Assembly (NCBI GenBank): GCA_965279035.1 | Contig: OZ257142.1 | Location: forward strand, 3,584,001-3,648,000 | Source of the DNA: Bacteroidia bacterium | GTDB lineage: Bacteria > Bacteroidota > Bacteroidia > M30B66 | Direction of reading: 5' to 3' | DNA: 64,000 nt | Part shown: positions 40,601-48,741 of the stretch, piece by piece | Position numbering within the stretch: position 1 is the first letter of the stretch | Layout: each line of letters begins with the position of its first letter | Made by a program: the position numbers and the translations under genes | Notes under the pieces: model-generated | Databases searched by the model: none | What the model was told of the DNA's origin: nothing | The model's input: the letters and a program-made list of their open reading frames with translations, nothing else

Positions 40601-43600
40601 CCAAATACAACTTCACTTTCATTAAATCACATTAGTGCGGTAGTGAATGCTTGTATGGCAAACGACAATGCCTCCGATTTTATCTTAGCCGGTAAACTTG
40701 AAATTTTGAATGGTACCTTGAACATTGGAAATACGTTATCCAACAATGTTCATAATGACTTGGAGTATTCAGCATCCGACGTTCCTGTTATTCTTGTTCA
40801 AGGAACAGGTGTATTGAATGTAAACGGACAAATTCGTCGAAGTGTTAGTGTACTTCTTGGTTCACTCGATTATACTCAGAAAAATAATAGTACTGTTCAC
40901 GTATTTGGTAAAAACCAAGAAGCTGCTTCTTCTTTTAACCTCAACCGTGCAAAATTTGAAATATTAAATCCGGGTAGTCAATTTACAATGCAAGACAATG
41001 CATTGCTCATTATCGACCGTAACGGACTTGCAAGTGGAACTTTCGGAGATTTCTATTTGAATCCAGCTTCTTTTGCAGTAACAGGTGGTGAGGTTCGTTT
41101 TGGAACATCAGATACTCCTCCATCAGCAACAGAAAGTACATTCTTATTAAATACTACGACTCCATTTTGGAATTTAACAGTTGATGGAACTACAACCAAT
41201 AAAACAGTTCGTTTAGCAACCGATGGAATTACTGTTCGAAGTAACTTATCTATTTTGGGTGGTTCTGTATTCGATGCCAATGGGTTAAATGTATCTATCG
41301 CTGGTGATATGACTAACATGAATTCTTCAGCTGCTGCTGGTGTTTCTTTAGGAGGATATCGCCCAGGTTCTTTATCTCAAGTAACTACGATAAATGGTTC
41401 TACAGCTGTTCAACAATTAACTGGAAATACAGGTAACCTAACCAATTTTGCAAATCTGGTAATTGATAATTCATTTGTAGGAGGTTCGCTTAATCTGCAA
41501 TCGAACACTGCAATTCGAGTGAATTCTAATTTAAGTATCCTCACTGGAAACTTAAATACAGCAGGTAATTTAGCTACTGTCCTTGGTAACGTTATCAACA
41601 ATAGAACGCATACATCAAGTGGAGCTGGATATTTAGTGATGGGAGGAAGCTCCAACCAAACAATCTCAGGAAACGGTTCTGGTGTATTTGGAAACCTTCG
41701 TATGAGTAATGCCGCAGGTATTGACTTGGATAATCCAATTACAATCAACGGAGATTTAAATTTTGTTGCTGGTTTATTCTACATCAATAACAATCAACTC
41801 ACATTAGGACTTACTTCTACTGTGACAGGAACCTTGAATGCTAGTTCAATGATTCGTATGAATGGTGTTGTGAGTGATGGTGGATTGAAAAAATTGTATC
41901 CAGCTTCAGCACATGATTTCACATTCCCTGTTGGTGTAACACTTAAATATACTCCAGCGAGAATCAATGTAACGTCCAATGGTGTTGCAGGAAGTGTAAC
42001 AATCAAATTGGGTAACATTAAGCATCCTGCTACTACAGATCCTGCTGATAAAGAATTGATGTATTACTGGAGTACTGCATCAACAGGATTTGATGCTTCA
42101 ACCCTTGTAAATCATACATACAATTACATAAATTCTGATGCAATCAATGGAGTAGAAGCAAATTACAGAACTGGTCGATATGTAAACAATGTTTGGACTC
42201 CACAATTTGGAATTGCAGGAACAGTGAATGCTGCAGCTAATACAATGACGCTTACTGGAGTTAATTACTTTAATGGTGATTATACAGCAGGTGAACAAAC
42301 CGAATTCGACCAATTACTTGTTTTCTATAGCCGCAATGCAACATTAGGTGGAAACTGGAATGATGTTAATTCTTGGTCTACCGATGCTATACTAACACAT
42401 GCTGGAGCTGCTGCTGCAACGCCACCAACATTTAACTCTGTTGTTATTGCTGCTGGTCATACCATTAATGCAACAGCAAACAATACTTCAGCTCCTACAG
42501 CTATAATCGATGGAACCTTAGATTTAAGCAACTTCATTGGAAATAACTTGGGAACAGTTACAGGTACTGGTACAATTCGCTTGGCTCCAACAGGATTAAA
42601 TCAATACATTTTCCCTGCTGGAACATTTGCGACATTTACATCTGCTGGCGGTGGTACAATCGAATACTACAATACTTCAGGAACGGCAACACTTCCTTCT
42701 CAAGGTATTTATAATCACCTCGTATTCTCAGGTGCAAGTACAAAAGCATTGTTTAATACTGATATCGTTGTGAATGGTAATTTAACCATCAATGCAGGTA
42801 CAGTTACAAATCCAAGCAATCGAATACTTTCTTTAAAAGGTAATTTGATTAATTCATCTGGATTAACAGCACTTCAAACAGGAACAACTGGTTCACTTCA
42901 ATTAACTGGTGGAGTTCAAAGCATCACTGGTGCAACATCTGTTGGTAAACTCATTTTGAACGGTGCTGGTTTTAAAACACTAAATAGCTCTTTTACGGTT
43001 ACCAATCAATTAACTTACACGAGTGGTATTATTCAAACTGGAGCCAATCAATTAATATTAGCACTTGGTGCATTAGGAACTGGAGCGTCCGCAAGTAGTT
43101 ATGTTTACGGAAATCTTCAGAAATACATTTCTGGTGGAACGGTTTCACGAAACTTCGAAGTTGGTGATGCCACTACCTATGCTCCTGTTAATTTCCAATT
43201 TACCGGAACAACAAATTCTGGAGGATCAATCACCGTTTCAACTGCTTCTGGCGATCATCCTGCTACAGCAACATCTGGAATTGATGGTTCTAAATCGGTA
43301 AATCGTAATTGGAGTATTTCTAATTCCGGTGTAGGAGGATTTACAGCGGCAAGTGTAACATTCAATTTTGTTAGTGGAGATCTTGATCCGGCTGTGAACA
43401 CTGGAAACCTATCAGCTGCTAAATACACAGCATCTTCATGGACTCAACAAACAGTTGGTACACGCACTAGTACTTCACTCCAAATAACAGGATTAACTTC
43501 TGTATCATTAGGAATCTCTAATCAATTTGAACTTGCAGAACCGTTTGCGGCTGGTATTACATGGACTGGTTTGGTTAATGTTGACTGGAATAATCCTGGA

Positions 43601-45766
43601 AACTGGAACCCGAATACAGTTCCTACAGGATCAGATAATATCACGATTCCAGTAGTACCAAACGAACCTTCTTTCTTAACTCCAGGAAATGGTATTGCAC
43701 GAAATATCGTTTTACAAACAGGTGCTATCGTGAACATTCCTGCTGGTTATCAAATTACAGTGAATGGAAACTGGATTAGCTCGAACGGAACAGTAACTGG
43801 ACCAGGAAATGTTCTTTTCACATCGCCAGTTGCAGTTCATTCAGGTACAACAACATTCAATGGAGTAGTTTCAGTTGCTACAGGAGCAAATCTAAATACA
43901 AGTAATTCTCTTGTAATGGCAAGTGGAGCTGCCTTCATGCATGGTACTGGAACTACTGGTGGTGGAGGTACAGTAACAGGGAATTTACGTATTCGTAGAT
44001 CAGGCGCGTTGAATTCTACTAGTTATAATTTCTGGTCATCACCAATAACCAATGCTACTCTCTCAGTATTGAGCGGTAATCGTTATATGTATGATCCTAA
44101 TTCTGCAACTGGTTCGGATGTAAATGGACTTAGAGCTGGATGGATTGCACCAGGTGCTACAATGACTCCAGGTAGAGGATATATTGCAACCGGTACTGGT
44201 AACGCTGCATTTATTGGAACTCCAAACAATGGTAACATTTCATTTGGTCCAATGGCTCTTGGTACTTATACCAATTTCAATTTGATTGGAAATCCTTATC
44301 CATGTGCAATTAGTGCGTCTGCATTTGTTTCGGCTAATCCTCAAATTTTAGGTGGAGCAATTTATTTCTGGGATGATGATAACTCAGCTGGTTCAGGCTA
44401 TGCAGCTTCGGATTATGGTGTTTATAATGGAATTGGTTTCGTTGGACCTAATAGTGGTAAAACATTCAATGGAAATATCGCTTCAGCTCAAGGATTCTTT
44501 ATTCAAGCTTCTAATACAGGTTCGATCAATTTCACCAATTCAATGCGTACTTCACAAAGCAGTACTTTCTTTGAAACAGAAATGTTAGAGCGTATTTGGG
44601 TAAGTGTTACTACTGCCAATGAAGATTACAATGAAACATTGATCGCATTTAAAGAAGATGCAACCGATGGCAACGATCCTCAATACGATGCTACTAAGCT
44701 TCGTGGAAATGCCGATATTGCTATGTATTCTAAAATCGGAAATGAAGATTTTGCCATCCAAGCACTTTCTCAATTAACGGTTGATAAAACAATTCAAATT
44801 GGTATTGAAGCTTCTTCAAATGGCACTCAAGTTTTCCGATTGAAACAAGTAGAGAATCTTCCTGAAACAGCTCAAATCATTCTTGAAGACCGGAAACTGG
44901 GTATATTCCATAATCTTCGGAATAATCCTGAATATTCTTACGATTATGTTGCTTCAACCGATACTTTACGTTTCAGCTTACACTTCAAACCAGAGGTGAT
45001 CATGTCTGCTTCTACCGAAAGTTGTGTTCAAAATGATGGTGAAATTATCATCAACAGTCCTTCTTCAACACCATGGACTTATCATGTAACAACACAATCG
45101 GGTGTGAATGTATCACAAGGTGAAAATTTCAGTGGAACTACAACAGTTCATAATCTTGCTGGTGGTATCTATTTTATTTCCTTGAACAATCAGTTTGGAA
45201 GCACAATCAATCAAGCAATTGAAGTGGCTAGCGGCTCTCCAGTTGTTGCAACAGCTTCTGCTATAACTCCAATGGTTGAATTAAGCAATGCAGAAGTATC
45301 ATTCACAGCTAGTATTCAAGGCGCAAATGAATCAACTTGGGACTTTGGAGATGGAACAATTGTAACAGGTATCTTAAACCCTGTTCACGTTTACACAGCT
45401 GCAGGATCCTATACTGTAACCTTCATTGCATCTAATTCAACGTGTATGGATGTTAAGACGATGGTTGTAACTGTTAGAGATCTAACAACAGGAATGAATT
45501 CAATTGGTTCAACAGCGTTCTCTATGTTCCCTAATCCGGCAGTAAATTCTACAACGGTTAGTTTACGTTTACCTGAGCGTCAAGCAGAACTTGTATTTAA
45601 TATTCTCGATGCAAGTGGAAAACTAGTTAAGAGTCAAACTTTCAAAAATGTGGATGCGACAGTAAGCCTCACTTTAAATGTTCTTGATTTAACTCCGGGA
45701 GTTTACCAAGTATTAATCAATGGTGGTACTTACAGTACTTCTGCTCGATTGAATGTGATTCGTTAA
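31640..45766 (+). CDS. Giant (~4,700 aa) Thr/Gly/Asn-rich repetitive surface protein with PKD and T9SS type A domains, probable adhesin
   Basis: Signal peptide ending 'SAQAQ', beta-helix-like repeats, G8-like W-x5-W modules, PKD 'WDFGDG...PVHVY..AGSYTV', CTD 'MFPNPA...GVYQV'. ATG at 31640 preferred over 31508. Confidence 0.88.
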   Translation: MKTSSTTYSPGFTCKPFGFLLISFLLLMGWSAQAQVVKTSTTASNWSTVTWSPAGAPAAIDDAIIATNVTVNQNVTVTNLTINAGSTLTMSGAFTLTVTGALNVNGTLAGGAGTGLIAVTGNTILSGTGAINLAAGSFTSSGTTTLNGTSTITDNNNTGTNTFTGLLTVNTGTNFSTANNSAYVFSGGISNAGTFSKTGTGAVTMNNTITVGGTSAITIAGAVTMNGATTINNTATTTFSGAVTASSTLTLNSAGATNFSTTLASTGLVTLSGLGITTVTGTSTFTGGATTSTSTSTVLTGNVTVGSAQTLTNNGTVNIAGTLNGAAGTSIWVNAANSTLIYSNAAAPMATGTLTATASGNTVNYSTGAQTIKGTSYDILTLGGASVTKTLNGITSVATTLTIPATITLSNSTFALTVPTITVNGILSLGSGSFTASGVITNPGSITIGAGNFTASSTISNSGTFSDASATGTNIITGLFTNTGTFSTTNNPAFEFQGGITNNGTMTATGTGTYSFTTNAQTISGTNPITFGGGFTVTAPGSVIFAGAGAVTITGATTANGTITLNSGCSITHTGNVTIGNGITYNDNGNATIAGTMNGTNAGSTFLIGAGITFSYANATAPMVTGSVNASAAGTTFNYSGANQSISAGTYNNLVLSGSGTKTLVGNVTVLSALTVPATFTLANSTFSLTVPSITVNGTLTLGSGSFTSTGAITNTGTITISTGNFTASSTISNSGTFSDVNGPGTNIITGLFTNTGIFTTSNNPPFEFQGGITNNGTMTATGTGTYSFTTNAQTISGTNPITFGGGFTVTAPGSVIFAGAGNVTITGVTTVNGTITLNSGCSITHTGAVTIGNGITYNDNGNATIAGTLNGTNAGSTFLIGPGLTFSYSNATAPMAIGFVDASAAGTTFNYSGAAQNISAGTYNNLVLSGSGVKTLVGNVTVLSALTVPATFTLANSTFSLTVPSITVNGTLSLGAGSFTSNGAITNTGAITIGAGNFTASSTISNSGTFSDAAAAGTNIITGLFTNTGTFSNTNNPPFEFQGGITNNGTMTATGTGNYSFTTNAQTISGTNPITFGGGFTVTAPGSVIFAGAGAVTITGATTVNGTITLNSGCSITHTGNVTIGNGITYNDNGNATIAGTLNGTNAGSTFLIGPGLTFSYSNATAPMAIGFVDASAAGTTFNYSGAAQNISAGTYNNLVLSGSATKTLIGNITVNSAFIIPVGITFNSAGFDFTCNSTVSVLGTYNDNALAGTNTIVGLLTNTGTLNNSGNSPFELRNGLTNNGTFTPGTGAFLFSTNNQIISGTNAITFGGSVSIGDNVQLTNNSTLLTINGVLTGLSATAFFKAGTSSVLTYGNNTSPMSGGVLDATASPNTFVYSSTSGTQSIKETTYHHLSFTGGATHSVPNITVNGNFTRTTSPISSPNFTWTFETSNASTINLNGSGISLPNIVINKAGGSITFVPSAAAQSNTLLSLTVGAGSFILGNAFATTLTITENLSGLGTLDMSTIAGHVLNLGGQTNSIQTFLTPAGSGSATVNYTRVNDQTIFASVNYRNLGITGNGDKTLNGPVFVDGTLTMSANTGRIVLGSSNLKLKSTSTIVPTGLGFSGTKMIVTDGAGSLLKEASTVPQISGFIFPIGSNGNYNPFQITTLTGTVTPIGYVSVRAVPLQQPNVPYYNNSLIKYWDVQTANIAITSASISYLYVNNASEVIGSNALYVPRVWNGTSLVAPAGASGGATNPMTSVGTTFLAGQWTGVDPTIRTTLYSYQSGDWANLNTWTTDPSGSTLVTSIIPGAGDQVVILNGRTVTTAIARTVGSVFIESGATLDLGTTTGHNLGTVDGQGLLRLSSVNYPGGSFTPFVSSTGGTIEYYDLPAGANILPSLPATVNTYNNLIVSNSTASSYSLNQNSTIIINGNLSLLKSGSGTTTYNLGSAAGSFTTTVSKNVTIAPACTLGVSSYNAAHTLNIYGNLDVSGRIDLQNGAPYTVPVNGRATLNFFGSVTNTTATFNASSQADLYDVTTTKNEGFELLVSASPSSTVGFNGGGITIIPNSGILHLGPNITIPSLGNVGNYDLGGPGVLPVFWIDGANVTDGGVSGAIVPYGTMKITAGSLTCVNGQGAVVLRESGLLQIDGGTVQMKIFRTSTTAVTHRGSFVMTGGSLNITGNNGSESSFYASFTLPYPENVFQMSGGTITITRTVGGTITPRGGILIASNAQNYLVTGGKVIVNVSGNQFFDITSTAPFYDMDISKTVAGTGNVQLNPISWSYDGSAGNTAVVPAQPLRILNNLNFNTAIAVGFLGNNNNIEVGGNLTVNNITTLSTGTGLLVFNGNAAQTFTMSGIIGVPGLGGLTVSKGSATSLLIAGTITNIPFSGGLNLLSGTLADGGKGLLFGGNVINNSLHIGAGRIVLNGTSAQTISSNGTGAFQNLEIASTAGAIGSVQVSATNTLRVNGNITLSTDRKLSIGIYKLILTGTSQMLSTAGSFSINRFIQTDGFLSDGGIVKTFSNTTAVVFPFGTGTNYTPATIQFSSAPTTWGTLDVRPVTARQLYVTDPNTFIYHWKVRQTGFTGVPANSINLTFNYGNLTDNAAYIPAFYDYQAIAYTPINDVTKVDEVTNNIYFTGVSYFNGDFTAGIPAAFGVVVPYYSRANGSWNTPSTWSNNAILKHAGAASLTIPSSNSPVFIGDGTTYFHTVTVPSNNTVSGSLIVDAGSILDLGSTTGNNFGALPYSTAGGAGRIRISSATPTAEFPAGDFGIFFTVDGGTTEYYSGATAFTIPIISAAPTNMQIRSYRNLILNPSVSSSVTLPNRDLEVYENVTINGNAAGIAALNDVSSKALTIHGNLDITSGNFRFGSAFSQSALIEGNLTVSTNGTMSVLNAGSAAHSINLLGNLTNNGTVNLNQASDVNISFTGINSRSITGTNAAATTSLSQITINKGTSNAILVNVDVLGTLITPTNNWLNLVNGTFRLSKAATITLTDAAGADFIIPNTTSLSLNHISAVVNACMANDNASDFILAGKLEILNGTLNIGNTLSNNVHNDLEYSASDVPVILVQGTGVLNVNGQIRRSVSVLLGSLDYTQKNNSTVHVFGKNQEAASSFNLNRAKFEILNPGSQFTMQDNALLIIDRNGLASGTFGDFYLNPASFAVTGGEVRFGTSDTPPSATESTFLLNTTTPFWNLTVDGTTTNKTVRLATDGITVRSNLSILGGSVFDANGLNVSIAGDMTNMNSSAAAGVSLGGYRPGSLSQVTTINGSTAVQQLTGNTGNLTNFANLVIDNSFVGGSLNLQSNTAIRVNSNLSILTGNLNTAGNLATVLGNVINNRTHTSSGAGYLVMGGSSNQTISGNGSGVFGNLRMSNAAGIDLDNPITINGDLNFVAGLFYINNNQLTLGLTSTVTGTLNASSMIRMNGVVSDGGLKKLYPASAHDFTFPVGVTLKYTPARINVTSNGVAGSVTIKLGNIKHPATTDPADKELMYYWSTASTGFDASTLVNHTYNYINSDAINGVEANYRTGRYVNNVWTPQFGIAGTVNAAANTMTLTGVNYFNGDYTAGEQTEFDQLLVFYSRNATLGGNWNDVNSWSTDAILTHAGAAAATPPTFNSVVIAAGHTINATANNTSAPTAIIDGTLDLSNFIGNNLGTVTGTGTIRLAPTGLNQYIFPAGTFATFTSAGGGTIEYYNTSGTATLPSQGIYNHLVFSGASTKALFNTDIVVNGNLTINAGTVTNPSNRILSLKGNLINSSGLTALQTGTTGSLQLTGGVQSITGATSVGKLILNGAGFKTLNSSFTVTNQLTYTSGIIQTGANQLILALGALGTGASASSYVYGNLQKYISGGTVSRNFEVGDATTYAPVNFQFTGTTNSGGSITVSTASGDHPATATSGIDGSKSVNRNWSISNSGVGGFTAASVTFNFVSGDLDPAVNTGNLSAAKYTASSWTQQTVGTRTSTSLQITGLTSVSLGISNQFELAEPFAAGITWTGLVNVDWNNPGNWNPNTVPTGSDNITIPVVPNEPSFLTPGNGIARNIVLQTGAIVNIPAGYQITVNGNWISSNGTVTGPGNVLFTSPVAVHSGTTTFNGVVSVATGANLNTSNSLVMASGAAFMHGTGTTGGGGTVTGNLRIRRSGALNSTSYNFWSSPITNATLSVLSGNRYMYDPNSATGSDVNGLRAGWIAPGATMTPGRGYIATGTGNAAFIGTPNNGNISFGPMALGTYTNFNLIGNPYPCAISASAFVSANPQILGGAIYFWDDDNSAGSGYAASDYGVYNGIGFVGPNSGKTFNGNIASAQGFFIQASNTGSINFTNSMRTSQSSTFFETEMLERIWVSVTTANEDYNETLIAFKEDATDGNDPQYDATKLRGNADIAMYSKIGNEDFAIQALSQLTVDKTIQIGIEASSNGTQVFRLKQVENLPETAQIILEDRKLGIFHNLRNNPEYSYDYVASTDTLRFSLHFKPEVIMSASTESCVQNDGEIIINSPSSTPWTYHVTTQSGVNVSQGENFSGTTTVHNLAGGIYFISLNNQFGSTINQAIEVASGSPVVATASAITPMVELSNAEVSFTASIQGANESTWDFGDGTIVTGILNPVHVYTAAGSYTVTFIASNSTCMDVKTMVVTVRDLTTGMNSIGSTAFSMFPNPAVNSTTVSLRLPERQAELVFNILDASGKLVKSQTFKNVDATVSLTLNVLDLTPGVYQVLINGGTYSTSARLNVIR
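32850..35280 (+). repeat. Intragenic tandem repeat, 819-bp (273-aa) period, about three copies
   Basis: 'GAATTCCAAGG' (FEFQGG) recurs at 33122, 33941 and 34760. Boundaries are approximate. Confidence 0.9.
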
Positions 45767-45786
45767 TTCTTATTGTTTCAGCAAAT

Positions 45787-45826
45787 AAAAAAGCCCCGTG
45801 AACTTTCAAATTCACGGGGCTTTCTA
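45787..45826. terminator. Bidirectional intrinsic terminator
   Basis: AAAAAAGCCCCGTGAA-CTTTCAAA-TTCACGGGGCTTT between convergent genes. Confidence 0.88.
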
Positions 45827-45837
45827 TTTTATTCCTT

Positions 45838-46665
45838 TTATTTCAAACTAAACTTAACTGGCAAATTATATCGAACTGGTACTTTTTGACCTCCTTGAAT
45901 ACCTGCTTTCCAGTTTGGCATTTTGCTAACAACTCTTATAACTTCTTCGGATAATCCAGTTGAAGGTGAACGATTGATCTTAATATCATCTATCACTCCA
46001 TTTACATTTACAACAAACGAAACATACACTACTCCACTTATTCCTATTTCACGATCTTGTCTAGGATACCTTATATTGTTTCGGAGGAAATTAAATAAGG
46101 CTTCCTCTCCTCCTGGAAATTCAGGCATAAACTCAGCCATATCTAATACCTTTTTTGAAGTTCCTGATCCACCTGATCCAACTTCTTTTTCTTTTCCTCC
46201 ACCGCCTTCAGGAATAATTGGCCCTTTAACTCCTTTTCCTCCAGGATTATATTCCAATGAATCCTTCTCCTCTTTCTTTTTATCATCTTGCTTAATAGGT
46301 TCCGTAACAGGAGTTGGTGCCTTATCCTCCATTTTTAATTTATCCGATCCTGCTGGTGGAATAACGCTTTTTTCTCCTCCTTTTGGTGGCTCCTGTTTTT
46401 CTGGTAATACTACTTCAATGATCTTAATATCATGTTTCTCTGCTGTTTTCTTTGTGATGTCGGACAAAGAAAGATGATGTGCCTCTCCTAAAATATACAT
46501 CGTAGAAACAATTGTAAGCACTAGGCCTGCAGAAAAGAAAAAGCCAGTTAGGATGTTTCTGTCGTATTCTTTACGAAGTTGGAATGCTCCGTATGCATGA
46601 TTGCGGTGTTCAAATACAATCTCGTCGAACGAGAGATTAGAACGGTTGGGGTTTGGACTCAGCAT
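45838..46665 (-). CDS. tonB: Energy transducer TonB
   Basis: 'FEHRNHAYGAFQLR' N-terminus, TM helix, Pro/Lys-rich linker, TonB-C 'MPEFPGG...YP...G.V.VSFVV...VPVRY.LPVKF'. Confidence 0.88.
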   Translation of the reverse strand: MLSPNPNRSNLSFDEIVFEHRNHAYGAFQLRKEYDRNILTGFFFSAGLVLTIVSTMYILGEAHHLSLSDITKKTAEKHDIKIIEVVLPEKQEPPKGGEKSVIPPAGSDKLKMEDKAPTPVTEPIKQDDKKKEEKDSLEYNPGGKGVKGPIIPEGGGGKEKEVGSGGSGTSKKVLDMAEFMPEFPGGEEALFNFLRNNIRYPRQDREIGISGVVYVSFVVNVNGVIDDIKINRSPSTGLSEEVIRVVSKMPNWKAGIQGGQKVPVRYNLPVKFSLK

Positions 46666-46755
46666 AACGTTTGGTTTTGTTGCGTATATGGGAGTTAACG
46701 CAGATGGTTCACCAAACGATATAGTTTCTTGGGGACAGATTTCCGTATTTATCGC

Positions 46756-47655
46756 TCAAGCTCTAGGATGAAATTCGGTAATCACTTGGCGGAGATATTC
46801 TCGATCGAGATGGGTATAAATCTCGGTAGTAGTTATCGACTCATGTCCCAACATTTCTTGTACAGCGCGCAAATCGGCTCCGCCCTCAACCAAAGACGTG
46901 GCAAAGGAATGACGGAATGTATGAGGACTAATCTTCTTCTTCAACCCAATCTTTTTTGCTAAATCTTTAATCATCAAAAAAACCATTACACGCGTTAAAC
47001 GTTTGCCTCTTCGGTTTAAAAAAACAATGTCCTCCTCACCCACTTTTACAGGAACATGAATTCGAACTTGTCCTAAATAATCTTCTAATCGTTTCCGAAC
47101 TTCCGAGCCTGCAGGGATAATGCGTTCTTTATTTCCTTTCCCAGTTACTTTTATAAATTCGGCTTGGAGATGCAAATCAGAAATTTTCAAATTGACCAAT
47201 TCAGAAACGCGTAAACCACAACTATACAAGGTTTCTAAAATTGCCCGATTTCGTTCTCCTTCGGCTTTGCTTAAGTCGATGGCTGCTATGAGTGCATCAA
47301 TATCTTGAATATCTAGTGTATCGGGAAGTTTGCGCCCTAATTTAGGAGAATCGAGTTGGTCGCAGGGATCGGTTTGGATGAGGTTTTCGAGGAGCAAAAA
47401 TTTATAAAATGCCTTCAATCCTGAAATCATACGTGCCTGAGAACGTGGTTGCATACCTAATTCGGCCACCCATTTGACTAAACCTTTCAGATGTTCGGGT
47501 TCCACATTTTCGGGTGAAACCGATAATCCATGAACCTCAAAAAATTGCCATAATTTCTCAACATCTCGTTCATACGCTTCTACCGAATTTGGCGAAAGCG
47601 AACGCTCAAGCTTGAGAAATGCTTTGAAGCCTTTTATCGAAGAGGACCAGTCCAT
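46756..47655 (-). CDS. xerD: Site-specific tyrosine recombinase XerD
   Basis: 'LERSLSPNSVEAY', 'LYSCGLRVSEL', 'GKGNKER', 'SPHTFRHSFAT', 'LGHESITTTEIYTH'. Confidence 0.9.
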   Translation of the reverse strand: MDWSSSIKGFKAFLKLERSLSPNSVEAYERDVEKLWQFFEVHGLSVSPENVEPEHLKGLVKWVAELGMQPRSQARMISGLKAFYKFLLLENLIQTDPCDQLDSPKLGRKLPDTLDIQDIDALIAAIDLSKAEGERNRAILETLYSCGLRVSELVNLKISDLHLQAEFIKVTGKGNKERIIPAGSEVRKRLEDYLGQVRIHVPVKVGEEDIVFLNRRGKRLTRVMVFLMIKDLAKKIGLKKKISPHTFRHSFATSLVEGGADLRAVQEMLGHESITTTEIYTHLDREYLRQVITEFHPRA

Positions 47656-47678
47656 TTCTTGTGTACTTTCGTTGCCGG

Positions 47679-48104
47679 ATGAAACTACATATCATCAACG
47701 GTCCAAATTTAAACCTTCTTGGAACGCGCGAACCTGAAATCTATGGCTCACGTGGTTTTGATTCATTTTTAGATGAATTGAAAGCGGAATTTCCATCTTT
47801 AGAATTGAGCTATTTCCAAAGCAATGTCGAAGGTGAAATCATCAATAACATACATGAACACGGCTTTTCAGTTGATGGCATTTTACTCAATGCAGGTGGA
47901 TACACACACACTTCTGTTGCCATTGGTGATGCTGTTGCTGCTATAAAATCACCTGTTATTGAAGTGCATATCAGTAATGTATTTGCACGTGAAAGTTTTC
48001 GTCATTTAAGTTACATTGCTCCTCACGCTTTGGGCGTTATTAGCGGATTTGGCTTGAATAGCTATCGTCTAGCAATAGAGCATTTTGCTCAAAATAACCG
48101 ATAG
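47679..48104 (+). CDS. aroQ: Type II 3-dehydroquinate dehydratase
   Basis: 'INGPNLNLLGTREPEIYG', 'QSNVEG', 'YTHTS', 'EVHISN...RE.FRH.S'. Confidence 0.96.
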   Translation: MKLHIINGPNLNLLGTREPEIYGSRGFDSFLDELKAEFPSLELSYFQSNVEGEIINNIHEHGFSVDGILLNAGGYTHTSVAIGDAVAAIKSPVIEVHISNVFARESFRHLSYIAPHALGVISGFGLNSYRLAIEHFAQNNR

Positions 48105-48129
48105 AATTAGCTACCGGAAATACTACAAC

Positions 48130-48741
48130 ATGAAACGTTATTTTATCACAGGAATTGGGACAGGTGTTGGCAAAACGGTGATGAGTGCCATTTTATGTGA
48201 AGCATTGAATGCTGATTATTGGAAACCAATTCAAGCAGGTGAACTTGAGAATTCCGATACTGTCTCAGTAAAGAAATTGATTTCTAATTCTCGTTCAGTT
48301 TTTCACCCAGAAGCCTATCAATTACCATATCCACTTTCACCACATGCATCAGCCGAAAAAGCTGGAATAACAATCGATCCAGCTACTATTGCAGTTCCTC
48401 AATCAACGAATCATTTAATTATTGAAGGTGCAGGTGGATTAATGGTTCCTATCAATCGTAAAACACTTTATATCGATTTAATTCCCGCTTTAAATTCTGA
48501 AGTAATTTTAGTTTCGAAGAATTATTTAGGCAGTATAAATCATACGCTAATGAGCGCCGAAAGCTTGATGTTACGTAATATTCCTGTTCGGGGAATTGTA
48601 TTTAACGGAGATGAAAATCCAGCCACGGAATCCATTATTCTGGAAATGACCGGATTTCAATTCTTGGGACGAATTCCTCAAGTGGATTTTATCGATTCTG
48701 TATTTATTCAACAACAAGCTGCTGCATTTGCAACCTTATGA
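48130..48741 (+). CDS. bioD: Dethiobiotin synthase
   Basis: 'FITGIGTGVGKT', 'YWKPIQAG', 'IEGAGG', 'LGSINHT'. Confidence 0.95.
   Translation: MKRYFITGIGTGVGKTVMSAILCEALNADYWKPIQAGELENSDTVSVKKLISNSRSVFHPEAYQLPYPLSPHASAEKAGITIDPATIAVPQSTNHLIIEGAGGLMVPINRKTLYIDLIPALNSEVILVSKNYLGSINHTLMSAESLMLRNIPVRGIVFNGDENPATESIILEMTGFQFLGRIPQVDFIDSVFIQQQAAAFATL

Noticed and set aside
31741-43737. Many antisense ORFs rich in Val/Pro/Ala
   Set aside because: They are shadows of the repetitive Thr/Gly/Asn codons of the giant sense-strand gene.
45923-46477. 184-aa plus-strand Pro/Ser-rich ORF
   Set aside because: Antisense shadow of the low-complexity TonB linker.
46756-47655. Prophage or island integrase
   Set aside because: Length, motifs and the aroQ/tonB neighbourhood fit chromosomal XerD. 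No att sites or phage genes were seen.
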